Origin: Naegleria gruberi
Lineage: Eukaryota
Assembly: GCA_000004985.1 (NCBI GenBank)
Contig: GG738891.1
Reading direction: 5' to 3' (one strand)
DNA: 64,000 bases
Both the position numbers and the translations under genes were made by a program. Positions 54,426 through 64,000 of the stretch are shown here, one piece after another. Each line of letters begins with the position of its first letter. Position 1 is the first letter of the stretch. Below the pieces are notes generated by a model, which worked only from the letters and a program-made list of their open reading frames with translations, was not told the origin of the DNA and ran no database searches.

Positions 54426-55776
54426 TTAAGGTTGTTTATTAATACCCAATCGCTCTTCATTAGCTGGTAGAGATAGCATGCCAGCAGAAGGTGAAAGAGC
54501 AAACTTGTAAAATTTATACCCATACGAATTGTGTACCCAAAATGATTCGAAATGCTCATCCACATTAATGGATTGAACATTCTTATATTCTGAAATTCCT
54601 CTCATTGCATGCACACCAAGCGCATCTTGTTTATGAGTAGAAACTAATGGATACAGGTAGCTCAAAACATAATCCTTTTCTGAATAATAGTGATATACAT
54701 TTGATTTAGCCAGACCTTCAGTAAGAATATCTCTAGACTCTTCTTCTGAGATGGCAGGAGCACACAAATGTACTTCATCAGGTCTGTATTCATATGGCAG
54801 TAACTTTAGAGCCTCTACAAGCCAAGTTATTATCAAAAATAGAGATGCAACATACCTATCAAATGTTTGGCACCAAGTGAATGGGCTACTATTCTCAATT
54901 TACCATGTTTCATTCTGAGTAAGTGTAGTTCCTTACTGAGCACTAGTGCAAACTCTTTTGCATTCTGGTTAGCTTTCATGAATTCATAGTAGACCAAAGC
55001 TAGAGTTAATGAGACATCTGTCAATAAAATACCTGGCAAAGTATACAGAGATGCAGCTGAGAAAAGCAGCCTACTCTTTCTCAATGCATTAATCACGTTA
55101 ACTCCAGCGTAGGCCAATGTGGTGAATGGAATTGGAACGAATGAGAGTGGGTTGAATGTTTTCTTTTCAGATTCTTGCAATGATTGAAAATCTATTTGGT
55201 GGGGCAAGCGGCCGCTCTCCCATTGCCAAGCCATTGCGTGTGAACCCCAATTGTGTGACTATAAATTGAGATATTCCAAATAAATATAATAATATAAATG
55301 GAAAGTATGTTATTTTAGGTAATATAAATTATTAGAAATGTACTATAAAAACATACTTCTCTCAATGATAAAACCTCATGTGAATTTTTCCAAGATTGGA
55401 AATGAGAAACATCATTAGAAAGTGAAAAATCTCCATCAGCACTTTTAAATTGCTTAATTAAATGTGATGTCGAAGTGTGAGATCCTAAAAATCCTTTCAC
55501 ATAGACTGTCATTTCATAATCCGTATCATTTCTATCCAACAATGTAGGATTTTCCACAGAAAGTGGAAGTAACAAGGCTGTTGGTTGTTTGAATTCCTTA
55601 TCTTTAGTTTCCAATTTTCTCACCCATTCGGAAATTTGTTTTTCCAAAGAATTTTCCACTTGGTTCCAATTAAAAAAACTTCTTTGTTGACATCCATTCA
55701 TCAATAACTTGGCATGATTCCGATGTTGCCTCATTTTCAGAAGGGTTGAAAAACTCACTCTACCAAGTTGATGCAT
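54426..55776 (-). CDS. DUF726 / TMCO4-like alpha/beta-hydrolase-fold protein, about 403 aa, 3 exons
   Basis: Exons 55357..55776, 54856..55258 and 54426..54814, with introns of 98 and 41 nt and GTATGT donors. The nucleophile-elbow motif is AHSLGAKHLIG. A hydrophobic membrane segment lies in exon 2. Confidence 0.65.
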
Positions 55777-55824
55777 TTTTTTTAATTTTTAATTTAGTTT
55801 TTGATTGACTTTACAAAAATATTT

Positions 55825-57059
55825 TTACAGATTTTCTTCATTAATTAAATGATCCTTGAGTTGCTTATCAGATGGCAACTTTTTGTTCTTAGTAGTAGTG
55901 AATATGTAAATACCTCCACCAATAATAATGGCAATGATGAGAACGAGAGCTAATCCGAAAACAACTCCGACAACAATAAGCATGGTATTATCAGATGGTA
56001 TTTCTCTAAAGGTTGGAAGACTGAGTTCTGGATTATTAGAATCACACAAATCCAAAATTTGAGATGGACAATCAATAAATTTCAAATCCTTATCCAAACA
56101 GAATTTAACTTCCAACAAGACAGTTCCATTGAAACAATTAATACCTGGTCTTCCATATCCTGATGCCTTGAATGCATCTTTCACATAATCCATCTTGTAA
56201 GTTTTACTCTTTGAAGCATAAATAGCATTATTTTCCAAATTATCATAAATACTCTTCATTCTCTTTCTTAATGAAAGTGTTTGATAGAAATAATCATAAA
56301 CTGGACGAGAACTGAATTGAGGGAGTTGATAAGCGCATGTTCCATGTTTAGTATATTCATATCTCCAAAATAAGAATGTTTCATTCTTGTAATCTTTAAT
56401 TCATTAATTTCTTTCTATTTGATTTAATAATTCACTTACCATGCCAATAAACTTGCAATTCACTCTTCAATTCATCAATGAGAGAATAATCGAATTTAGG
56501 TGCCTGACATTCAGCTGGTCCAAATGTATCAACCAAATTTCTATTCACATAAATTTCACAACAATTTGAAAATTACTTACGTTGGCCACAAACCATGAAT
56601 TCTAAAATTGTTTCACAATTATTTCATTATACACCTCAATAATCGTATTCATAGAGTTTCCATTTGAAAACTTACGTAAAATCATTAACATATTCAGGAA
56701 TGTAGCATGGTTGAATTTTTTGACAAATACTTCCAGGCCATGAAAGTGCAAAAACCTTGAAAATTTTTAAAGCAGTCCAGAGAAAGCAGTTCATTTAAGT
56801 TGTGTGAAATATTCTAAAAACCTACAAATATATCAAAGGTTTCATTGGCATTAACTTGAATGGAGCGATGTTCGGGAATGGCCATTTCTTTCATTTGCAG
56901 AGTTACGGAACATTCAACATGGTAACCATTACTATTCCATTGTTGTGTGAAGAAAAGCAGAGAACAAAAAACGACAACCACTATAAATGATGATGGAAGA
57001 TGTCTGATGATTGTTGCAGAGCTGTTTGGTTGCATTTTTTTTGTGTTGGAATGGTTCAT
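55825..57059 (-). CDS. RNase T2-family ribonuclease with a signal peptide and a C-terminal transmembrane anchor, about 334 aa, 5 exons
   Basis: Exons 56826..57059, 56676..56755, 56581..56602, 56440..56540 and 55825..56393. CAS I is FTIHGLWP and CAS II is LFWRYEYTKHGTC. The N-terminal motif is FALSWPGSIC. The transmembrane helix is LIVVGVVFGLALVLIIAIIIGG. The printed sequence gives a 1-nt phase conflict at the junction of exons 3 and 4. Confidence 0.65.
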
Positions 57060-57210
57060 AATGGTACCTTCCCTTTGCGGATTTGTTTACCAGTTTGTGA
57101 AAGGTTGTTTGTTGAGTGCGAAGAGGAAGGTTATTGTAACATGACTCATTTGTACAATGGAATGGTGATGGATATTTATTTACACATAATTAGGATACAA
57201 TGAATGATTA

Positions 57211-58152
57211 TTATTTAGTCTTCTTATTGGCAGGTTGATTTGGTGGAGAAGCTTCTGGATTTGCTGGTCTTTTGAATGCTTGATTTGGTGAAGGTCTTTG
57301 GAAAACTGGTGGTGTCTGATTCTGAGAAGGATTAGAAGGTCTCTGGAAAACTGGTGTTTGATTTGTGGCAGATGTTGTAGTTTCTGGTTGGGGTGATTCT
57401 GGAATGGCAGATCCATCTAAATCTAGATCATCATCAATATTCAAACTTGATTCATTTTCTTCCTTGACATGAGTTGATCCAACTGTTTGACTATAATCAG
57501 CTGATGCAATAGATTCTAAATGTTGTTGAGTTGTATTAATAACAGGAAGAGAAGAGGAAGGAGATTGAGTTCCAAATGATTGTGAAAAATAAGGATTAGT
57601 TGGCTTTGGTTGATTTGTAGCTTGTCCAGGTTTCTTTAAAGTTGGCTTAGTGATTTGTTTGAGATGATCTCTATCATAAATTGTTAAACCTAGTGCATTA
57701 CCAAAATTTCTCAAAGCTCTCTTTAAACCATCACTAACTGCTGTCTTTTTTGCTTGTTCTATTGCAGCACCTCTTTGTTTTTGATTATCACTAGTACCAT
57801 ATCCGATATCTTCATGGAAAGATCCATCTTTCAAACTGACACGAATGATTGCAGAAACTCCACAATTAAATTTTCCTTGTTGTGTTTGTTCAACAAAATC
57901 GTTGGAAATTTCCATGATACTAGATGACCATCCATTAAATCCGAATGTTAAATTGGCCAATTCAATAGCTTTCCATGTTTCAATGTAGTGTACATTTTGA
58001 CCATTTGGTCCAGGACGTTTGGAAATTGCATCCGAATCTAACTTTTTTAATAATTCTCTCTGGAGAAAATCTCTTTCATTTATATCATAGTGAGTATTAC
58101 CAAACACACCAGTGTTGACTGTGGATTTTTCCTTCTTATCAGATTCCGACAT
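57211..58152 (-). CDS. RAD52: RAD52 homolog (DNA repair, single-strand annealing), 313 aa
   Basis: The N-terminal domain is collinear with human RAD52. VHYIETWKAIELANLTFGFNGWSSSI, GVSAIIRVSLKDGSFHEDIGYG and AVSDGLKRALRNFGNALG align with [47 protein letters not shown] and AVTDGLKRALRSFGNALG. Confidence 0.85.
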   Translation of the reverse strand: MSESDKKEKSTVNTGVFGNTHYDINERDFLQRELLKKLDSDAISKRPGPNGQNVHYIETWKAIELANLTFGFNGWSSSIMEISNDFVEQTQQGKFNCGVSAIIRVSLKDGSFHEDIGYGTSDNQKQRGAAIEQAKKTAVSDGLKRALRNFGNALGLTIYDRDHLKQITKPTLKKPGQATNQPKPTNPYFSQSFGTQSPSSSLPVINTTQQHLESIASADYSQTVGSTHVKEENESSLNIDDDLDLDGSAIPESPQPETTTSATNQTPVFQRPSNPSQNQTPPVFQRPSPNQAFKRPANPEASPPNQPANKKTK

Positions 58153-58354
58153 TGATGTTTTTTTAGTGGTGAGAGGAAAAGGCTTTGTTTTGTTTTTTTT
58201 TGATCCTAAAATTTTCTTCTTTTTTATGGATTCTTGTGCCAGCTCGAACTCGTTTTATTCCAGATAGAAGAAGAAAAAATTATTATATCCTATAATTATT
58301 ATTGATTTTTAATAACAACTGAGGTATTTTGTGGAATATCATATTTGAGATGGT

Positions 58355-59572
58355 TTATTTTGATTTTCTAGCATTCAATTTTTCTACAGCTGTTGAGAAA
58401 ACCTCATCCTTCTTCTTGTCATATTCTTCAAGAGTTGAGTCAATGGATTCAATTTCCTCACTTGTTAAATTACAATCTCTAGCTTTAAGCATTGCTGTAT
58501 AATTAGTTGCACAATGCTTAAACAGAGCATCTCTGATACTATTATTCTTTGTTGAATCAAAAACTGGTAAATCATCCACAACTTCCATCAATTTGTTTAA
58601 ATATCTACACATTACACTCCAATTTTGACCATTTTTCACTTCTGTTGTCTTTTCTGTCACACTCTTTTTGAATGAAGTCAACGTTGGTTTAACCCTCTTG
58701 AAGGCATAGTCGTCACGGTTAGTTCCATATTTTGCTCTTGGGAATGCTTTTTCAACATTTCTTCTTAATTGTTCCAAATCTTGAATAGCTCCATCCACAT
58801 CAGCATCAGGACATATAGTTAGAATATCTTGTTGAAGAGTATCATATTTTGAAGGGAATTTCTCTGGAAGTGTAGTAATTAATTGAATAAGCTCATCCTT
58901 TTCCAAAGATTTGAGCTTTTTACTCAAATCAACTTTAGGCTTTTTTGTGGCTGATGAAGGCTTGCTTGGTGTTTTCCTCTTCTTTGGTGTTTTTTCTTCT
59001 GCAGTCTCCGTCACTATCACAGATGAGCTAGTATTCGTAACAGTAAGTGGTTGTTGTTGCATTGGTTGTTGGTTAGAAGATGACAAATTATTGTTTTGTG
59101 CTTGCATGGAAGCTGTATTATTATTATTGGTATTATTATAGTTTGGTAATTGTATTGTTTGTGGAGTGAGTTGCTGATGTTGTGGAGTAGTAGTATTATT
59201 ATTCATGATATTATTATTGGGAAGAGATTTCTGAAGTCCTGCAAGATGTTGTTGCTGTTGTTGAAGCATTATATATTGATATTGATTCAATAACGCTTGC
59301 ACATTATTATTATTATTATTATTTGATAACAGGCTATTCAATAAATGTTGCTGAGCAGCACCAGCAGCAGAAGGATTGACCATGCCAAACAAATTACTTA
59401 AGGCTGCCGATGACGGAGTGGAGGGTGATTGTACATTAGAAGGGAGTGTTGCATTAGAAGAAGACGAAGGGTTCTTTTGATTGGAATTTCCGTTACTATT
59501 ATTCGTTGTTGTTGCTTGTTGAATGTAAGTTGGTGGTGAGGCGTTAACGAAAACAAAATTGTTGTTGGACAT
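58355..59572 (-). CDS. Asn/Gln-rich protein with a structured C-terminal domain, 405 aa. Function unknown.
   Basis: Long ORF with poly-N and poly-Q tracts and a basic KKRK stretch. It may be a nuclear regulator. Confidence 0.4.
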   Translation of the reverse strand: MSNNNFVFVNASPPTYIQQATTTNNSNGNSNQKNPSSSSNATLPSNVQSPSTPSSAALSNLFGMVNPSAAGAAQQHLLNSLLSNNNNNNNVQALLNQYQYIMLQQQQQHLAGLQKSLPNNNIMNNNTTTPQHQQLTPQTIQLPNYNNTNNNNTASMQAQNNNLSSSNQQPMQQQPLTVTNTSSSVIVTETAEEKTPKKRKTPSKPSSATKKPKVDLSKKLKSLEKDELIQLITTLPEKFPSKYDTLQQDILTICPDADVDGAIQDLEQLRRNVEKAFPRAKYGTNRDDYAFKRVKPTLTSFKKSVTEKTTEVKNGQNWSVMCRYLNKLMEVVDDLPVFDSTKNNSIRDALFKHCATNYTAMLKARDCNLTSEEIESIDSTLEEYDKKKDEVFSTAVEKLNARKSK

Positions 59573-59635
59573 TTTTTAATTACTTTGTTGGTGGTGAGTG
59601 GAAGATTGAAATGATATCATTTTCAAAGGGAATGT

Positions 59636-60306
59636 TTATTGTTGAATAACAACTACTGAAGAAGGATAGGAAGGTTGCTGTTGTGGAGTTGGTTTTGGCT
59701 TGGTTATCACTTGATAGTACATGAAGCCACTTATTGAACTAACTATTGCCAAGATGGCAATAAAGACTGACAAAATCAAGGCGAGAGTTGTGTGAGCATA
59801 GTTCAAACCAGGAGTAATTGCCCTGAACATGGTTAATCTAGAAGTATTATTAATAACAGAGTATCCATATTCTAATTGAAAATCAAATTATAAAATTAAT
59901 ATTACTACTTAATAATTGTCAATCATAGGAACCACCTACCTGTTAAAGCAATGAAGAAGAAACAAATACTAAGGAATGGTAATCCTATCATACATCCACA
60001 TACATTATACTGTAACAAGGCCTTTCTATTGCTATCATCCACAGTCTGATGAACTACACCAACAATTCCTGTAACTCCATAAGATAGTGTCAGGAAATTT
60101 AATCCAAACATTAGAACATCAGACATTCCATAACCAACCATTAAGTTTGAAAACCAAATAACACCCACGGTGAAATGGTAGAAAAACAAGAATAGTGAAA
60201 ATGCTGAAATAATTATGCTCGTCACCAGGTGGAATATCTTCTTGTGTTTATCTGTTATTTTGTCATTGATTGATGAGAGAGTGGCGAGAGGGTTCGTACT
60301 GCTCAT
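59636..60306 (-). CDS. small polytopic membrane protein (MS4A/CD20-like topology), 2 exons
   Basis: Exon 1 runs 59923..60306. After a GTAGGT donor, exon 2 ends at 59636. There are 4-5 predicted transmembrane helices. It is paralogous to the neighbouring gene at 60579..61452. Confidence 0.4.
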
Positions 60307-60578
60307 TGTTTTTCTTGTTGGTTGTTGTTTACAGTAAGTTGAGGCGCTTTGTGAATTGCTTGCACAAGTGATAATAGTATATGTGGCAATTCTTTCTTTT
60401 TATGACCAATTTTAGATTGATGCATTACTGTTACACAATTTTACCTTATAAATTTATTAAGGGAGCTTGTGCTGTGAGAGTGTGCTTGATTGTTTTCATT
60501 CACACAACACAAAAAACAAGAATCTTCATTCTTCTGAGCACAAAATCCCAAAAACTGTCACAACAAAAAACAACGAGA

Positions 60579-61452
60579 ATGCAAGCAGACGAACCTGTAC
60601 AACCAACAAATGTAGTTGTTGAAATACCAACAAATAACACGCCTCCATTTGTAATCACACCAACACCAACACCTTTTTACATTACCAATGAGCCTATGGT
60701 TGCTTCTGCTTCATTTTCCACACCAACAATTCCAACTAGCTTTCCAACACCAACACCTTATTACATTAACAATGCTTCTGCTTCATATGTCACTCCAACT
60801 GTAGCAACAACAACAGTTATCGTGGTTGAGCAAAAACCACCATCATCTCACTCACAATGGAAAATAGCTCACACTGTTCTCACCTCCATTCACCTAGTGT
60901 GGGTTATTGTTCAGGTTTTCTATCACTTTATTATGATGATTTCATTCTTCACAAGTGGAATTGCTGGATATGCTATCGCTGATTTGATCTTATTGTTGAT
61001 AAGCTTGTTTTATCTTGTTGTGGGAATAATTGGACTTGTTGTCATGTGGTTGCCATCAACAGCAATATCACCACTGGCTGCATTAAGATTATTGAAATTT
61101 AGCACCATGGCCAACGTGATGGGAACTCATTACATGACGTTCCTGTATTTGCTAATGTGGGTTACTGGTAAGTATTGAGCCTTGTTTTATTTTGACTATA
61201 ATGGAAAAACCAGAGTTTGCACATTCCCCAATTCTATTCTATGTCTTTACGGATATAATCTTTTCCAAAATTGATCCAAGAAGCGAATTGGGGTTACTTC
61301 ACCCTGGTATTTCAATAATTCCATTTGCTATCCATCTAGTGATAGCTGTTCTTATTAGTGTCACCTCAATCAATTTTTATCAAGTAATGGAACCAATTTA
61401 TAATGAAATGATTATCGTTAAGGGGAAACATGAGAAGAATATTCAACAATAA
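60579..61452 (+). CDS. small polytopic membrane protein, a paralog of the 59636..60306 gene, 2 exons, with a Pro/Thr-rich N-terminus
   Basis: Exons 60579..61167 and 61214..61452, with a GTAAGT donor and a 46-nt intron. The shared FYHF...GY(A/G)...(L/V)VG(I/V)(I/V)G(L/V)VV transmembrane core shows it is paralogous to the minus-strand neighbour. Confidence 0.4.
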
Positions 61453-61923
61453 ACTTAATTTTCAATAAACATGAAATTAATTGAATGGAAATTTAATAGA
61501 ATGTTTTATTTAAATTCAACAGTGGTGTAACAAATGATCATTGAAGCAGCATACGGCCTCTATTTATTAGAGAATGCTTGTACTCAAATAATTACCAGTG
61601 GTTCTTGTTGGTGATTCCCCCTCACAACAACATTCCTTATTGTTTTCTTGACTAATTCAGAGCTATAACGGATTGATTAATGGTATCTATGGGAGAACGA
61701 CAATATAACAATGAGGAAAATGTTGAAATAATAATTACTGTTATTTATAATAAATTATTAGTGGGGAGTAAGGTTTTTCAACGACTATTCAGTCATTACA
61801 TTATGAACCTTATTTTGTTTTGTTTTTCTTCAATTATTGTATTAATATTAACAATTGAATATCTCGCAGGGTATGTACATGTTAAATAGCTCTTTCGAGA
61901 TTAAATTTGTAAAAGGAATTTGT

Positions 61924-62331
61924 TTAAGGAACATCTCTCCTTCTGTGTGGATGATGCTGTGCAGAAGGAGGCCTTAGCAGGGAATCAAGAGAGGAATATG
62001 ATGGATTAGAACGTGTCTCTTTTAACGACTGTAGAGAACCCCTGAAGTATCTGGAATCAATTTCATTCGGTTTAAATCGTGATGGAGCAACATCCACCAC
62101 AATGCTTGGTATTGAAGTGCTCTTGACCATTGATGGTCTTCTCATCACCTTGCTACTCTTGGAAAATAAGCTTGATGATGATGAATTGAGGGATACTATT
62201 GATGTTCGTTTTCTAGAGCCAGCTTCATAGGTTTTAGCTCTATCACCAAACACTATCTGGTTTTGATTTTCAACATGATCTTGTTTCTCGTTCTCAATAA
62301 TGTGAAGACAAGTGCTTCCACAAAGGCCCAT
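61924..62331 (-). CDS. small protein with an N-terminal MGLCGS motif (predicted N-myristoylation/palmitoylation). Ser-rich.
   Basis: An ORF in the track. The internal Met at 62331 gives MGLCGSTC. No other domain recognised. Confidence 0.3.
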   Translation of the reverse strand: MGLCGSTCLHIIENEKQDHVENQNQIVFGDRAKTYEAGSRKRTSIVSLNSSSSSLFSKSSKVMRRPSMVKSTSIPSIVVDVAPSRFKPNEIDSRYFRGSLQSLKETRSNPSYSSLDSLLRPPSAQHHPHRRRDVP

Positions 62332-63176
62332 CTTGATGTTTTTTTGATTGTTGTTGAGGAAATGTTGTGCACACATCCTGATGTAGTTAAAACATTAGAT
62401 CATCTAAGAGAGGGACTTCCTCACCCCATCGTATTTTGCTTGCGCCAAATGAAGACTAAATAAGGACGAATTCAACTTACCACATCCAAAAGCGTGTCAA
62501 GTCTTGGAATGGTTAGAAAATTACATGAAATGGCAACCACAGCGTAGCACATCTAATCCTGTTTAAGACCATTGCCCCTATTGATGTATCCTTAAATTGT
62601 TACCGTTAACACTTGCCTTAATGAATCATATTCTGTAATCAACCAGTAAATGAAAATCAATGTATCAACATTAAAAGAAATCTAAAAATCTCAAGTGAAA
62701 GGAATTTCTCTCCTTCCAGATTCCAATTCCTTTGTTTTCCAAATTACATCACAACAATGCCAATAACGTTTATTCACCGTAATCCTAAGAATCATTATCA
62801 AATATCGGCAAAACAAACGAATAAAGAAAATCTACAACCTTAAGAATCCAAATTTTCGAGGTTTGTTTTAACTGTACCTTATTACTTAATTATTGAAAGT
62901 TCATTCGTTGATAACAAACACTTTCACTGGCGCTACTCACTACACCTTTGTTAATTGAATAACATGCTATATATAATCAATAGAACAACTTTTGATTTTA
63001 GTTGAAAACTGATTCTATGAAATCCTTGTCTTCCTTAATTTCACTATTTTTTTTGTTAAAATTTGTACTGGTTGAAATATTGTTGTAACAAGATTGGCGC
63101 CAAAAAATCAAGATATTATCACCTCAAAAGTGTTCGTTAGAGATCCTCTCTCAATTTCCTTTCAATTTTAAAAAAA

Positions 63177-64000
63177 ATGAACGAACTGGTTGGGGCAACC
63201 GCTGCGTTACTCTATCCGATAACCCCAACAACAACGTCATCGGCCGGCAATGTTGCCCTGGATGATGATCATTATAATTTATTTTCGGAGAGTGTTAATT
63301 TTGTATTGATGAATATTTCAAATAATTCAACAAATGGAACAGTAACAGAAACACAACCAATCGATTTATTCTTTTCTTTGAGTTTGGGATTAACAGTTGT
63401 TTGTGGATTGTTGTTTTCTTATCTTATTTTGAGACATTATACAAAGCATTCACCATTATCTTGGTTTTTATACATCCCTCTCGTACTTACATTCTCTCTC
63501 CTTTTCACATCAGTTTGCATGGTCTGTATTGATTTGGCTGCTGCTAGGTCTGTTGATATGTCATCGGCTAAAACCGATGCCAATAGAGCACTAGAAATTG
63601 CTTGGCGTGTTATTTATTGGACCTGTTTCGTTTTGGCTCAGGTTTTACTCCCACTTTTCAAGGGATACCAATTTACAGGTGAATTTAAGGGCATCTTTAA
63701 ACTCTTGAAATCAATTGTTATGAATTTATTGACCATTTCTGTAATGTTAGGCATTGGTGTTGCTGGTTTAGCAGGATTTTTGATTTATATTGCGGTAGTG
63801 GATGATATCAAAAATGTGACATTTAACATGCTTCTTGGTTTGGCTCTTTCATTGTCCAACCTTGTAGGTCTGTCTCTATTGATTACTTTACTCGGATATG
63901 GTATTGTTGTGTTACCAAGAACATTGTGGGAAATCTCTAACGATCAAAGACAACTCAGAATGTATGAATTCAAAACTGTTGGACTCTTGGAAAACCTCAA
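63177..64000 (+). CDS. LMBR1-domain (LMBR1/LIMR-like) polytopic membrane protein. 3'-partial, it runs off the window end.
   Basis: ATG at 63177 (MNELVGATAALLYPI...). The reading frame is open to position 64000. There are multiple transmembrane helices, and ...LLPLFKGYQF... is typical of LMBR1-like proteins. Confidence 0.5.
   Translation, partial: MNELVGATAALLYPITPTTTSSAGNVALDDDHYNLFSESVNFVLMNISNNSTNGTVTETQPIDLFFSLSLGLTVVCGLLFSYLILRHYTKHSPLSWFLYIPLVLTFSLLFTSVCMVCIDLAAARSVDMSSAKTDANRALEIAWRVIYWTCFVLAQVLLPLFKGYQFTGEFKGIFKLLKSIVMNLLTISVMLGIGVAGLAGFLIYIAVVDDIKNVTFNMLLGLALSLSNLVGLSLLITLLGYGIVVLPRTLWEISNDQRQLRMYEFKTVGLLENL

Overview
This is a 64 kb stretch of AT-rich (about 30% GC) nuclear DNA from a gene-dense microbial eukaryote. 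I call about 37 protein-coding genes in it, on both strands. Roughly half of them carry short spliceosomal introns, mostly 38-75 nt with GTAAGT or GTAGGT donors. Several proteins have Asn/Gln/Ser-rich low-complexity tracts.

Genes I recognise:
- a Ras-family GTPase
- an ABCB half-transporter
- an ariadne-type RBR E3 ubiquitin ligase
- uridine-cytidine kinase
- pantothenate kinase
- a roughly 2000-residue HEAT-repeat protein
- a GT10 alpha-1,3-fucosyltransferase
- a CFAP20-domain protein
- SPT3
- replication factor C subunit 4 (RFC4)
- BBS9 (a BBSome subunit)
- NCKAP1/NAP1 (a SCAR/WAVE complex subunit)
- a TMCO4-like DUF726 hydrolase
- RNase T2
- RAD52
- a PLP enzyme of the cystathionine gamma-synthase/lyase family
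- three ankyrin-repeat proteins and a leucine-rich-repeat protein
- an LMBR1-like membrane protein, which runs off the window end

BBS9 and NCKAP1 together place this genome in a ciliated lineage that also has a SCAR/WAVE complex. That argues against Dictyostelium or Entamoeba, which the poly-Asn tracts and repeats superficially resemble. A heterolobosean-like amoeboflagellate is possible. I cannot resolve the organism.

Most unusual features:
- A tRNA-Pro(UGG) gene is split in its D-loop by a 768-bp non-coding insertion. The insertion has perfect 8-bp target-site duplications and carries three direct arrays of a 15-16 bp GGGATYC-type unit.
- A lone 5S rRNA gene sits antisense to a spurious track ORF.
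- Two prokaryote-type enzymes are present: an alanine racemase carrying a spliceosomal intron and an M42 peptidase. Both are candidates for horizontal gene transfer.
- One large receptor-type gene encodes a signal peptide, NHL repeats, an EGF-like module, a transmembrane helix and a NEK-like kinase.
- NCKAP1 has a missed first exon and a 270-nt first intron that contains a box C/D snoRNA-like sequence.
- In two places the printed sequence disagrees by one base with the reading frames of the ORF track, which predate my analysis.
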